A model generated the notes under the pieces. The model had not been told where the DNA came from. It ran no database searches and saw only the letters and a list, made by a program, of their open reading frames with translations. Below are positions 1 to 7,056 of a stretch of DNA of 13,418 nucleotides, in pieces (within the stretch, counting starts at the first letter, position 1; each line of letters opens with the position of its first letter). A program made the translations under genes and the position numbers. Source of the DNA: Candidatus Hydrothermarchaeales archaeon (GTDB taxonomy: Archaea; Hydrothermarchaeota; Hydrothermarchaeia; Hydrothermarchaeales; JAZGAD01); NCBI GenBank assembly GCA_036444275.1, contig JAZGAD010000021.1, forward strand, positions 1 through 13,418, written 5' to 3'.

Positions 1-51
1 AAAGAAGAGTGATGTCTAATACTCATTTCAATGTCATGAGCTTCATTAGAG

Positions 52-105
52 TTCCGTGTCTACGGCACTATTGATGTTAGAGAGATGAGTACCCTGAAGT
101 GGTAA
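52..105 (+). pseudogene. 3' remnant of a NuoK/MrpC-like small membrane subunit gene
   Basis: Frame 1 reads FRVYGTIDVREMSTLKW-TAA, resembling NuoK/FpoK C-termini. The same frame has TGA stops at 10-12 and 37-39, and no frame supplies the expected upstream TM helix. It lies directly before an antiporter-like subunit gene. Confidence 0.55.
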
Positions 106-119
106 TAGGAAGGTTTGAC

Positions 120-1640
120 ATGCCTGAAGCTGAAGTGATACATTCGCTAAGGCCAGCTCTTGCAGTGCTGGTATCATTTATCTGTGCCTTCTTGATATTA
201 GCTACCGGTGAAAAACGCAGAAGCCTTCGAGAGTTCTGGAGCCTTATGGCGGCTACGTCTAAATTCGCGATAGTCGCCTCTCTAATGCCCCCTATACTCG
301 CTGGAAAGATCGTGGAATACCGCCCCTATTCTATGATCAAGCTTTCCCCGATGCTAATGCTGGAGTTCAGGGTAGATGCTCTTGGGCAGTTCTTCGCTGC
401 ACTCTCATCCCTGCTCTGGATACTTACAACTGTATACTCCATCGGCTATATGCGGAACATGCATGAGCACAACCAGACTAGGTACTTCTTCGCCTTTGCA
501 ATGAGCATGATGGCTACTATAGGCATAGCCTATGCCGGCAACATGTTCACCTTGTTCATATTCTATGAGATCCTGTCCATAAGCGCTTACCCCTTGGTAA
601 TACATCATGAGACAGAAGAGGCGATGCGCTCTGGTAGAAAATACTTGATGTATGTATTATTCGGAGGGGTAACCGTTCTAGGCGCTATAGCCATGACCTA
701 TGTGTTGACCGGCACCCTAACGCTGTCCCAGACAGGCATACTGGCAGGCAGTGCTTCAGCAGAGGTTCTCCGATTGTTATTCCTCGTGTATGTAATGGGC
801 TTCGCTGTAAAGGCAGCGATAATGCCTCTGCATGGGTGGCTCCCAGCAGCCATGGTTGCGCCTACGCCTGTCAGTGCACTGCTGCATGCCGTTGCGGTTG
901 TAAAGGCAGGAGTATTCGGACTAACGAGAGTAGTGTACAATATATATGGCGTGGATCTCATGCACGAGCTCGGCATCGGTGTAATCCTCGCCTATGTTGC
1001 ATCGATAACGATAATCATGGGCTCTGTCTATGCACTAAGGCAGGATAATCTGAAGTTGAGGCTTGCATATTCAACTGTGAGCCAGCTCTCATACATCGTC
1101 TTAGGAGCAGCACTGGCATCCCCGACATCGGTAAGCGTTGCAATCGGAGGGATGATACATATCGCAAACCAAGCCGTGATGAAGATAACGCTGTTCTTCT
1201 GCGCCGGTGCAATATTTGTGCAGACTGGAAAAAAGAATATAAGCGAGATGCGCGGCCTTGGAAAACGTATGCCCATAACAATGATGGCCTTCGCCATTGG
1301 CGCTATAGGGATGGTAGGCTTCCCACCGGTAGCAGGCTTCATAACAAAGTGGTACCTCCTCCTAGGAGTCCTCGAGGCAGGGTACCCTATCTTCGTAATC
1401 GTATTGCTGGTTAGTGCAATGCTAAATGCAGCATATTTCCTCCCACCGGTCTACAATGCATTCTTCAAGGAGCCTGATGACGGGATAACAGAATATGATG
1501 AGGCACCAATGATGCTTGTTGTGCCTCTAGTTATAACAGCTATACTCGCACTACTTCTCGGTGTCTTTGCGAATGCACCATTTACCCCACTGCAACTAGC
1601 GCATACAGCTGTATTAGAATTCCTAGGTGTAGGCGGCTGA
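120..1640 (+). CDS. Proton-conducting membrane transporter, monovalent cation/H+ antiporter subunit D family (MrpD / NuoL-M-N-like)
   Basis: Highly hydrophobic, about 506 aa, with motifs LFIFYE, KAAIMPLHGWLPAAMVAPTPVSALLHAVAVVKAG, LAYSTVSQLSY, KITLFFCAG and GFPPVAGFITKW. ATG at 120 with GGAAGGT upstream is preferred over the GTG at 99, which overlaps the upstream remnant. Confidence 0.9.
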   Translation: MPEAEVIHSLRPALAVLVSFICAFLILATGEKRRSLREFWSLMAATSKFAIVASLMPPILAGKIVEYRPYSMIKLSPMLMLEFRVDALGQFFAALSSLLWILTTVYSIGYMRNMHEHNQTRYFFAFAMSMMATIGIAYAGNMFTLFIFYEILSISAYPLVIHHETEEAMRSGRKYLMYVLFGGVTVLGAIAMTYVLTGTLTLSQTGILAGSASAEVLRLLFLVYVMGFAVKAAIMPLHGWLPAAMVAPTPVSALLHAVAVVKAGVFGLTRVVYNIYGVDLMHELGIGVILAYVASITIIMGSVYALRQDNLKLRLAYSTVSQLSYIVLGAALASPTSVSVAIGGMIHIANQAVMKITLFFCAGAIFVQTGKKNISEMRGLGKRMPITMMAFAIGAIGMVGFPPVAGFITKWYLLLGVLEAGYPIFVIVLLVSAMLNAAYFLPPVYNAFFKEPDDGITEYDEAPMMLVVPLVITAILALLLGVFANAPFTPLQLAHTAVLEFLGVGG

Positions 1641-1643
1641 AGA

Positions 1644-1739
1644 ATGGACGTAGAAAGCCGGAGGCTCTTTACTGAGGTATATGAACCTTTATTCATGAAT
1701 ACCTACCGGAGTGGATATACGGCTTCTAGCCTGTTCTGA
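1644..1739 (+). pseudogene. 31-codon ORF, possibly the decayed 5' end of the next operon gene
   Basis: ATG lies 3 nt after the antiporter stop (GGCTGA-AGA-ATG) and encodes MDVESRRLFTEVYEPLF... A shifted frame continues IHEYLPEWIYGF*PVLILQSIG, which looks like the start of a membrane protein. Confidence 0.3.
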
Positions 1740-1774
1740 TTCTGCAATCAATAGGGCCTATAAGATTCTATATG

Positions 1775-2503
1775 TCAAGACCGCAGGAATGCCTTGGCAA
1801 ATATTATGCTTATCTCGTACATCACTAATAAAACAAAGGTAACGATAAAAGGAGCTATAGCCACTCGATCCGGGGTAAACAACACCCCTCCCAGAAGAAG
1901 GATGGCATAAGCATATTTCCTCTTCTCGGTCAGATCCTGGAGCCTTATCAGGTCAGCCATTACTAAGAGTGATACTACCATGGGCATCTGGAATATTATG
2001 CCGAAGATAAGTAGCATAGAAGCAACGAAGGAGACGAACCTCTCCAAGGAGAGTAGTGGCATTGCAGCCCTCTCGGTGTAGAGGAGTAGACCCTCCGTTA
2101 TGAGAGGGGTGATGACGTAATATGAGAATATTCCTCCTAGAAAGAGGAAGATGACCGAGCCCGGTATGACGCGTAGAAAGAACCTTCTTTCGCTGGGGAA
2201 TAAACCAGGCTTCATAAAGGCGAACAACTCGTACACAAGGAGGGGTATGCATAGGAGGGCAGCTACTACTATGGACACCTCGATCCTTACGTAGAGATAC
2301 TCCAGGGGGCTCATAGCTATTATTTTAGTCCCTGGCGGCAGGATGCCCTCCCTCAGAAAGCGTATTATAGCACCTGAATAGGGGAATGCTGCGAGGGTAA
2401 TGATGCCTGCAAAAGCACCGATGAGAAGTAGACGCTTACCTAGTTCTACAAGGTGCTCCTCTAAGGGCATCTCAACGTCTTCTGGAAGGGTAAGCTCCGC
2501 CAT
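1775..2503 (-). CDS. tatC: Twin-arginine translocase subunit TatC (paralogue 1)
   Basis: N-terminal MPLEEHLVELGKRLL (HLxEL motif), SPLEY, FMKPGLFPSERRF loop, FQMP and about 6 TM segments. Confidence 0.93.
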   Translation of the reverse strand: MAELTLPEDVEMPLEEHLVELGKRLLLIGAFAGIITLAAFPYSGAIIRFLREGILPPGTKIIAMSPLEYLYVRIEVSIVVAALLCIPLLVYELFAFMKPGLFPSERRFFLRVIPGSVIFLFLGGIFSYYVITPLITEGLLLYTERAAMPLLSLERFVSFVASMLLIFGIIFQMPMVVSLLVMADLIRLQDLTEKRKYAYAILLLGGVLFTPDRVAIAPFIVTFVLLVMYEISIIFAKAFLRS

Positions 2504-2527
2504 CCCTAAACCTCAAATAAAAAAGAG

Positions 2528-2917
2528 CTAATTAGCGGCTTTAACTTCTTTGGCAACTTTTGTCTCTGGCTCAACCTTTGCAGAGATAGGCTTTTTTCTG
2601 CTTACCCTCTTGTCTATCTCCTTCAGCAATTGGGTATCGTCCTTGTTTCCGGTGGAGATTCCGAGGCTTCTGGCTATCTTCCTTATCTCAGCAGAATTCT
2701 TCTTGGATTCTTTGACTTGGGGCTCTGTGTCTAAGTCCTTGATCTCTTTCGTTATACCAGTCTGGAATTTCTTCGTCTCTTCTTCAAACTCCCGCGCTGC
2801 CTTGTGATACTCCCCAGCGGCTTGGCCTAATGCACGTGCTAATTCAGGAAGCTTTTGCGGGCCAAAAACCAATAGGGCTATAAGTAGTATTACTACAAGC
2901 TCCGAAGAACCCAACAT
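2528..2917 (-). CDS. TatA/TatB-family subunit (TatB-like, with C-terminal extension)
   Basis: MLGSSELVVILLIALLVFGPQKLPELARALG gives a TM helix, FGP hinge and amphipathic helix. Located immediately upstream of tatC. Confidence 0.9.
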   Translation of the reverse strand: MLGSSELVVILLIALLVFGPQKLPELARALGQAAGEYHKAAREFEEETKKFQTGITKEIKDLDTEPQVKESKKNSAEIRKIARSLGISTGNKDDTQLLKEIDKRVSRKKPISAKVEPETKVAKEVKAAN

Positions 2918-2940
2918 GATCTCTCACTTGCCTTTCCTTT

Positions 2941-3171
2941 TTACTCTGCCTTAACTTCTTCCTCCTTCTTGGGTTCAGGCGCAGCCGCAGGCTGAGTTGG
3001 AGCAACTGTCTCTTCTTTAGGTTTCTCTACTTCCTCTTCTTCTTCTTTCATACCTTCCTTGAATTCCTTCTTGGCCTTTCCCATAGACCTAGCTAGTTCC
3101 GGAAGCTTCGAGCTCCCGAATAGCAAGAGGAGTATAAGAAGGATTACTAATAGTTCGGTTTGACCTAGCAT
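2941..3171 (-). CDS. tatA: Twin-arginine translocase subunit TatA
   Basis: MLGQTELLVILLILLLLFGSSKLPELARSMGKAKKEFK with the conserved Phe ending the amphipathic helix and an acidic tail. The ATG at 3171 has a perfect GGAGGTGA RBS (3177-3184); the ORF-track GTG at 3180 is part of that RBS. Confidence 0.93.
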   Translation of the reverse strand: MLGQTELLVILLILLLLFGSSKLPELARSMGKAKKEFKEGMKEEEEEVEKPKEETVAPTQPAAAPEPKKEEEVKAE

Positions 3172-3204
3172 TTCATTCACCTCCGGTTGGCGTAGTATAT
3201 CCTT

Positions 3205-3270
3205 GTAGGTTTTATATATTTTATTGTATGTGGTGGTGGAGTAGAGTGATATTTATTATAAATTTTTAAC
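3205..3270. promoter_or_regulatory. Divergent TATA-box candidates for tatA (-) and the 52-aa ORF (+)
   Basis: TATATAAA on the minus strand at about 3211-3218 and TTATAAAT on the plus strand at 3256-3263, each about 40 nt upstream of an RBS-preceded ATG. Confidence 0.5.
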
Positions 3271-3303
3271 TTGTTACAGAAATTGGACCTTTTGAGGTAG
3301 GAA

Positions 3304-3462
3304 ATGAGAGGCGTGAAGCTGAAGATAAGGGTAAGTGAATTGATAAATATCCTGATTCAGAAGGATGAGGATTCTCTTTTGAGAAAGTACAATCTAGATA
3401 AGGAGAAGGTAGTAGTGCTTCAGAATTCCCTTAGGAGGGGGAACTGGGAATTCCTCAGTTAG
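3304..3462 (+). CDS. Small hypothetical protein, 52 aa (absent from the ORF track)
   Basis: MRGVKLKIRVSELINILIQKDEDSLLRKYNLDKEKVVVLQNSLRRGNWEFLS. GAGGT RBS at 3294-3298, upstream TATA, purine-rich coding-like composition. It fills the gap, and its stop overlaps the convergent tatC stop. Confidence 0.6.
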   Translation: MRGVKLKIRVSELINILIQKDEDSLLRKYNLDKEKVVVLQNSLRRGNWEFLS

Positions 3463-4163
3463 GTTTTCTTCCCGAAGATTTTCGCTGAGACTATACTTGC
3501 TTCATACAGGAACAGGAGGGGCACACCTAGCAGTATCTGACTCATCGGCGTAGGGTCAGGCGTTATTATCCCGGTAACTACGAAGATCACAACGTAGACC
3601 TGCTTCCTCCAGCTCTTCAGGGAATCTACAGAGACATATCCATTAATGGCAAGCCAAGAAATAGCGAGAGGCAACTCGAATACGAAGCTGAAGATTAATG
3701 TGCTTAGCACCGTGAAGATGATGAACTGGTTTATAGAGTAATAGGGTAGCACATCTGCCTCTGACGTTAGACTCGTGAGGATTTCTATGGTGATAGGCAA
3801 TAGCAGGAAGTAAGTGAAGAAGAAGCCGAGGCCGAAGAGCGCAACCGCTAATAGACCCCATATAATAATGGATTTCCAGTGCATATTTATGTTCAGCCTC
3901 CGTAGAAGCATAACAGCAAAGATGGGGAGGGCCGTCAATATAGCGAATAGAAGAGAGAGCTCAAGCTTGACCAAGACGTATTCCATTGGTGAGATGGCTA
4001 TGACGCGGGCTTCCGGGGGAAGCATTTTGAGTTTTACATGTGATATGATACCATCAGTTAAGAACCAAAATACACTGAAGCCGACAAATACGAAGGCAAT
4101 GAAGAAGATGAACCTCTTCTTAGCTCGATACAATAATTCAGCCCACTGAATGCCATCCTTCAT
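3459..4163 (-). CDS. tatC: TatC-family protein (paralogue 2, divergent N-terminal half)
   Basis: SPMEY, FELP, ITPDPTPMSQILLGVPLLFLYE motifs and about 6 TM segments. Lacks HLxEL and PGLxxxE. The start overlaps the upstream stop (TGATG). Confidence 0.85.
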   Translation of the reverse strand: MKDGIQWAELLYRAKKRFIFFIAFVFVGFSVFWFLTDGIISHVKLKMLPPEARVIAISPMEYVLVKLELSLLFAILTALPIFAVMLLRRLNINMHWKSIIIWGLLAVALFGLGFFFTYFLLLPITIEILTSLTSEADVLPYYSINQFIIFTVLSTLIFSFVFELPLAISWLAINGYVSVDSLKSWRKQVYVVIFVVTGIITPDPTPMSQILLGVPLLFLYEASIVSAKIFGKKT

Positions 4164-5161
4164 CAGAAATCCCTGTCTATGGTATAGTCTGCTACCAGCT
4201 CTAACGCCTTCTTAGCATTCGAGTCCTTTAATCCTTTTATATCCAATTTCGCTCTATGGATGAGCGATCTAGCTCTTTCAGATGCATAGTCTATGGAGTT
4301 GGTGTTTTTTACTATCTCCAGAGCCATTTTGGCATCGCTATCAGAGGTCACCTTTCCACGCATGATCTTCTCTAGGGTTTCCCTCTCGCCGTTCTCTGTC
4401 ACTTTGAGGGCGTGCAACACGATTAGGGTGGGTTTCCCAAGGGTTATATCTAAGCCTATAGGTTTACCTAACTTGAATTCTCCTGCTATGACGTCGAGGA
4501 TGTCATCGATCATCTGAAAGCCAGTGCCGAGATGGTATCCATAGCGTGCAAGCGCCTCTATATCGCTATTCGAAGCCCCTCCAAGGATGGCACCGCACTT
4601 GGTGCATGCCTCAAAGAGGGCAGCGGTTTTCCTCTCTATTACCTCCATATAAACCTCCTCGGTCATATCTGTGTCCCCGGTATGGAGCATCTCTAGAACC
4701 TCGCCCTCAGCCAGCTTCATGCAAGCATTGGAGATTATCTCGCTTAACTCCCTGTTCTCATGGGATCCAATCATTCCAAAGGCCTTTGAGAAGAGGAGGT
4801 CACCGGCGATAAGGGCTGCATCGTTGCCCCATCGGGTGTTCACTGTCTTGGCGCCTCTGCGTTTGATGCTCTTATCGATGATATCGTCATGGATGATAGT
4901 AGCTGTATGAATGAGCTCAGTTGCCGTTGCTATAGAGAGGATCTTACTCAGGTCCCCATCCGTATCAGCAGCCCTAAAAGAGAGGATCGCAAGGGCCGGC
5001 CTTATGTGCTTGCCCCCTGTACTTATTAGGTGCCTAGATGCATTATAAAGTACCCTCGGCTGGTCACTGGGTATACTCCTTAGAAGCTCCTCCTTGACTA
5101 GGCTCAATCCTTCTATGAAATCCTGTTGTAGTTCCTGGATCTTAGACCAAAGTTCGTCCAT
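4163..5161 (-). CDS. Polyprenyl (trans-prenyl) diphosphate synthase, probably medium/long chain
   Basis: GGKHIRP, FARM DDIID..RRG, GD, KTA, SARM FQMIDDILD and GKPIGLDITLGKPT. Ala sits at position -5 before FARM. Confidence 0.93.
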   Translation of the reverse strand: MDELWSKIQELQQDFIEGLSLVKEELLRSIPSDQPRVLYNASRHLISTGGKHIRPALAILSFRAADTDGDLSKILSIATATELIHTATIIHDDIIDKSIKRRGAKTVNTRWGNDAALIAGDLLFSKAFGMIGSHENRELSEIISNACMKLAEGEVLEMLHTGDTDMTEEVYMEVIERKTAALFEACTKCGAILGGASNSDIEALARYGYHLGTGFQMIDDILDVIAGEFKLGKPIGLDITLGKPTLIVLHALKVTENGERETLEKIMRGKVTSDSDAKMALEIVKNTNSIDYASERARSLIHRAKLDIKGLKDSNAKKALELVADYTIDRDF

Positions 5162-5170
5162 AGGCTCTTC

Positions 5171-5202
5171 CGTTCCTTTAGTATCGCATTCCTTTAGTAT
5201 CG
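5171..5202. repeat. Tandem 16-bp direct repeat, 2 copies
   Basis: cgttcctttagtatcg (5171-5186) and cattcctttagtatcg (5187-5202), 15/16 identical. Confidence 0.9.
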
Positions 5203-5220
5203 ATATTTAAATATATATTA
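5203..5220. promoter_or_regulatory. Bidirectional TATA region between the prenyl synthase gene and aroC
   Basis: Palindromic ATATTTAAATAT (5203-5214) followed by ATATTA, about 25-30 nt before the aroC ATG. No RBS is evident, consistent with a leaderless mRNA. Confidence 0.55.
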
Positions 5221-5239
5221 GTCACCATAGTCGTAGTTA

Positions 5240-6331
5240 ATGTCTGGAAATACCTTTGGAGAAATCTTAAGGATAACATCCTATGGGGAGTCCCATGGCA
5301 CAGCAGTGGGCGTTATAGTAGATGGCTGTCCCTCTGGTCTAGAACTTTCTGAGGAGGATATCCAGAGGGAACTGGATAGGCGAAGACCTGGGCAGGGGGA
5401 GATTACTACTGAACGTAGAGAAGCAGATAGGGTTAGGATCCTCTCCGGGGTCTTCGAGGGTAGAACTTTGGGTACCCCAGTAGGCATGCTGGTCTATAAC
5501 GAGGATGCTGATTCTAGCCCCTACGTGGAGTTAAAGAATAAGCCCAGGCCGAATCATGCCGACTTCACCTATGCAGCGAAATATGGGCACTTCGACTGGC
5601 GGGGTGGAGGCAGGGCCAGCGGTAGGGAGACCGTTGCTAGGGTGGCTGCTGGAGCAATAGCCAAAAAGCTCTTGGCTAGCATCGGCGTCGAGATTCTGGG
5701 GCATGCCAAGGAGATTCATGGAATAAAAGCCAGAGATGTATCGGTGGAAGATATTAGGAAGTACGTGGAAGAGAATCCTGTGCGCTGCGCAGATACCGCG
5801 GCAGCAAAAAGCATGGAAAAAGTGATCTTGAAGGCTAAAGAGGAAGGCGATTCGGTAGGAGGCGTGGTAGAACTCCTAGCCTTGAACGTTCCTACGGGTA
5901 TTGGAGAGCCGGTATTCGACAAGCTGGATGCAGATATAGCCAAGGCCATCATGTCAGTAGGTGCAGTAAAGGGTGTAGAGATAGGCGCTGGATTCCAAGT
6001 AGCTGAGAAGAAGGGCTCTGAAAACAATGATGAATTCTATGTTGAAGAAGGCGTTGTCAAAACCTATAGTAACAATTCAGGTGGAATCCTAGGCGGAATC
6101 TCAAACGGGATGCCCATCGTGGTGCGAGCCGCTGTTAAACCAACGTCATCCATAGCAAAGGAACAGCGTACTATGGACTTGGAGACGATGAAGGACACGA
6201 CTATTAGGGTTACTGGGAGACATGATCCCTGTATAGTGCCTAGAGTGTTGCCTGTCTGCGAGGCTATGCTGGCCCTAGTTTTGGCTGACCATGCATTGAG
6301 AGGCGGTTTCATAGCCCTGGAGGAGCTCTAG
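5240..6331 (+). CDS. aroC: Chorismate synthase
   Basis: [34 protein letters not shown] and GRHDPC signature motifs; 363 aa. Confidence 0.98.
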   Translation: MSGNTFGEILRITSYGESHGTAVGVIVDGCPSGLELSEEDIQRELDRRRPGQGEITTERREADRVRILSGVFEGRTLGTPVGMLVYNEDADSSPYVELKNKPRPNHADFTYAAKYGHFDWRGGGRASGRETVARVAAGAIAKKLLASIGVEILGHAKEIHGIKARDVSVEDIRKYVEENPVRCADTAAAKSMEKVILKAKEEGDSVGGVVELLALNVPTGIGEPVFDKLDADIAKAIMSVGAVKGVEIGAGFQVAEKKGSENNDEFYVEEGVVKTYSNNSGGILGGISNGMPIVVRAAVKPTSSIAKEQRTMDLETMKDTTIRVTGRHDPCIVPRVLPVCEAMLALVLADHALRGGFIALEEL

Positions 6332-6352
6332 AGATAGCGATATTGTATTCCA

Positions 6353-6736
6353 CTACTTTTTCTTTATTTCATCTCTCAGCTTTTTTATTTCAGAATGAAT
6401 CTCCTTCAGCTCTTTCTTCCTAGCATTCTCTTCATCTACTACCCGGTTATACAAGTCGTCATAGACTTCCATGAGAAGACTCTCCAAGCGCCCCCCTGAT
6501 GCTGCCTCTTTTCGCTTCCATCCCCTTTCCTCAGTTATCTCTTCTTTGCTCTTACTGTCCTCTACTTCTTCAACTATCGCATGTTTTATCTCTCTGACCA
6601 GCTCATTGTCGAAGAAGTGCCTTACCTCCCTCTTTTCCCTTCTCAGGGACACAAGAGCATGAAGGCTCTTCACACCTATATATGCTGCTAGAGTAATCAA
6701 GAGCACGTCTGTTAAAAATGTGGTCAATTGGCCCAT
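6353..6736 (-). CDS. Hypothetical protein, 127 aa, N-terminal membrane anchor and charged/coiled-coil C-terminus
   Basis: Start reassigned to ATG 6736 (MGQLTTFLTDVLLITLAAYIGV...), which has GAGGT upstream and removes the overlap with the 92-aa ORF. E/K-rich tail KKELKEIHSEIKKLRDEIKKK. Confidence 0.75.
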   Translation of the reverse strand: MGQLTTFLTDVLLITLAAYIGVKSLHALVSLRREKREVRHFFDNELVREIKHAIVEEVEDSKSKEEITEERGWKRKEAASGGRLESLLMEVYDDLYNRVVDEENARKKELKEIHSEIKKLRDEIKKK

Positions 6737-6774
6737 CTGGCGACCTCTAAAAGATAGGAGATACCTCTTAATAT

Positions 6775-7053
6775 TTAAATCTTTGAGCCGAAGACATCCC
6801 AAAGTGTTGTGGCCAAAAGGAGTAATACACCTAAAACTAAGAAGAATAGGAGCCCCTGCCCGCCTCTTCCTAATGAGCCCCAGTAGTGATAGTAGATGAA
6901 ATATGCACTTCCTGTGCCACTTGCTATTGCTCCTGCCTTTACCCTGACTTTGGTCTCCCAGGGGAGGCGCCCCCACCTTACTCTGAGATCCTCCACTTTA
7001 TCCTTGAGTGTATCATAGTAATACGTAATATCCTCTTTCAGTTTCTCGTCCAT
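6775..7053 (-). CDS. Hypothetical small membrane protein, 92 aa (about 2 TM)
   Basis: Starts 3 nt after the nadA stop with GAGGT upstream. Charged helical N-terminus followed by two hydrophobic segments. Confidence 0.75.
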   Translation of the reverse strand: MDEKLKEDITYYYDTLKDKVEDLRVRWGRLPWETKVRVKAGAIASGTGSAYFIYYHYWGSLGRGGQGLLFFLVLGVLLLLATTLWDVFGSKI

Positions 7054-7056
7054 ATC

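Noticed and set aside
1727-1729. TAG in the shifted frame as possible pyrrolysine readthrough
   Set aside because: A frameshift would also be needed, and the frame runs into the convergent tatC. Decay or chance is simpler.
3423-3453. Inverted repeat GAATTCCC-N15-GGGAATTC
   Set aside because: Only an 8-bp stem with a long loop inside the small ORF and no U-tract. A terminator role is possible but unsupported.
5171-5202. Repeat as a CRISPR remnant
   Set aside because: Only two abutting 16-bp units, with no spacer and no cas genes.
6737-6976. N-terminal 80 aa of the 207-aa ORF
   Set aside because: It overlaps the more plausible 92-aa gene in another frame, and an internal ATG at 6736 has its own RBS.
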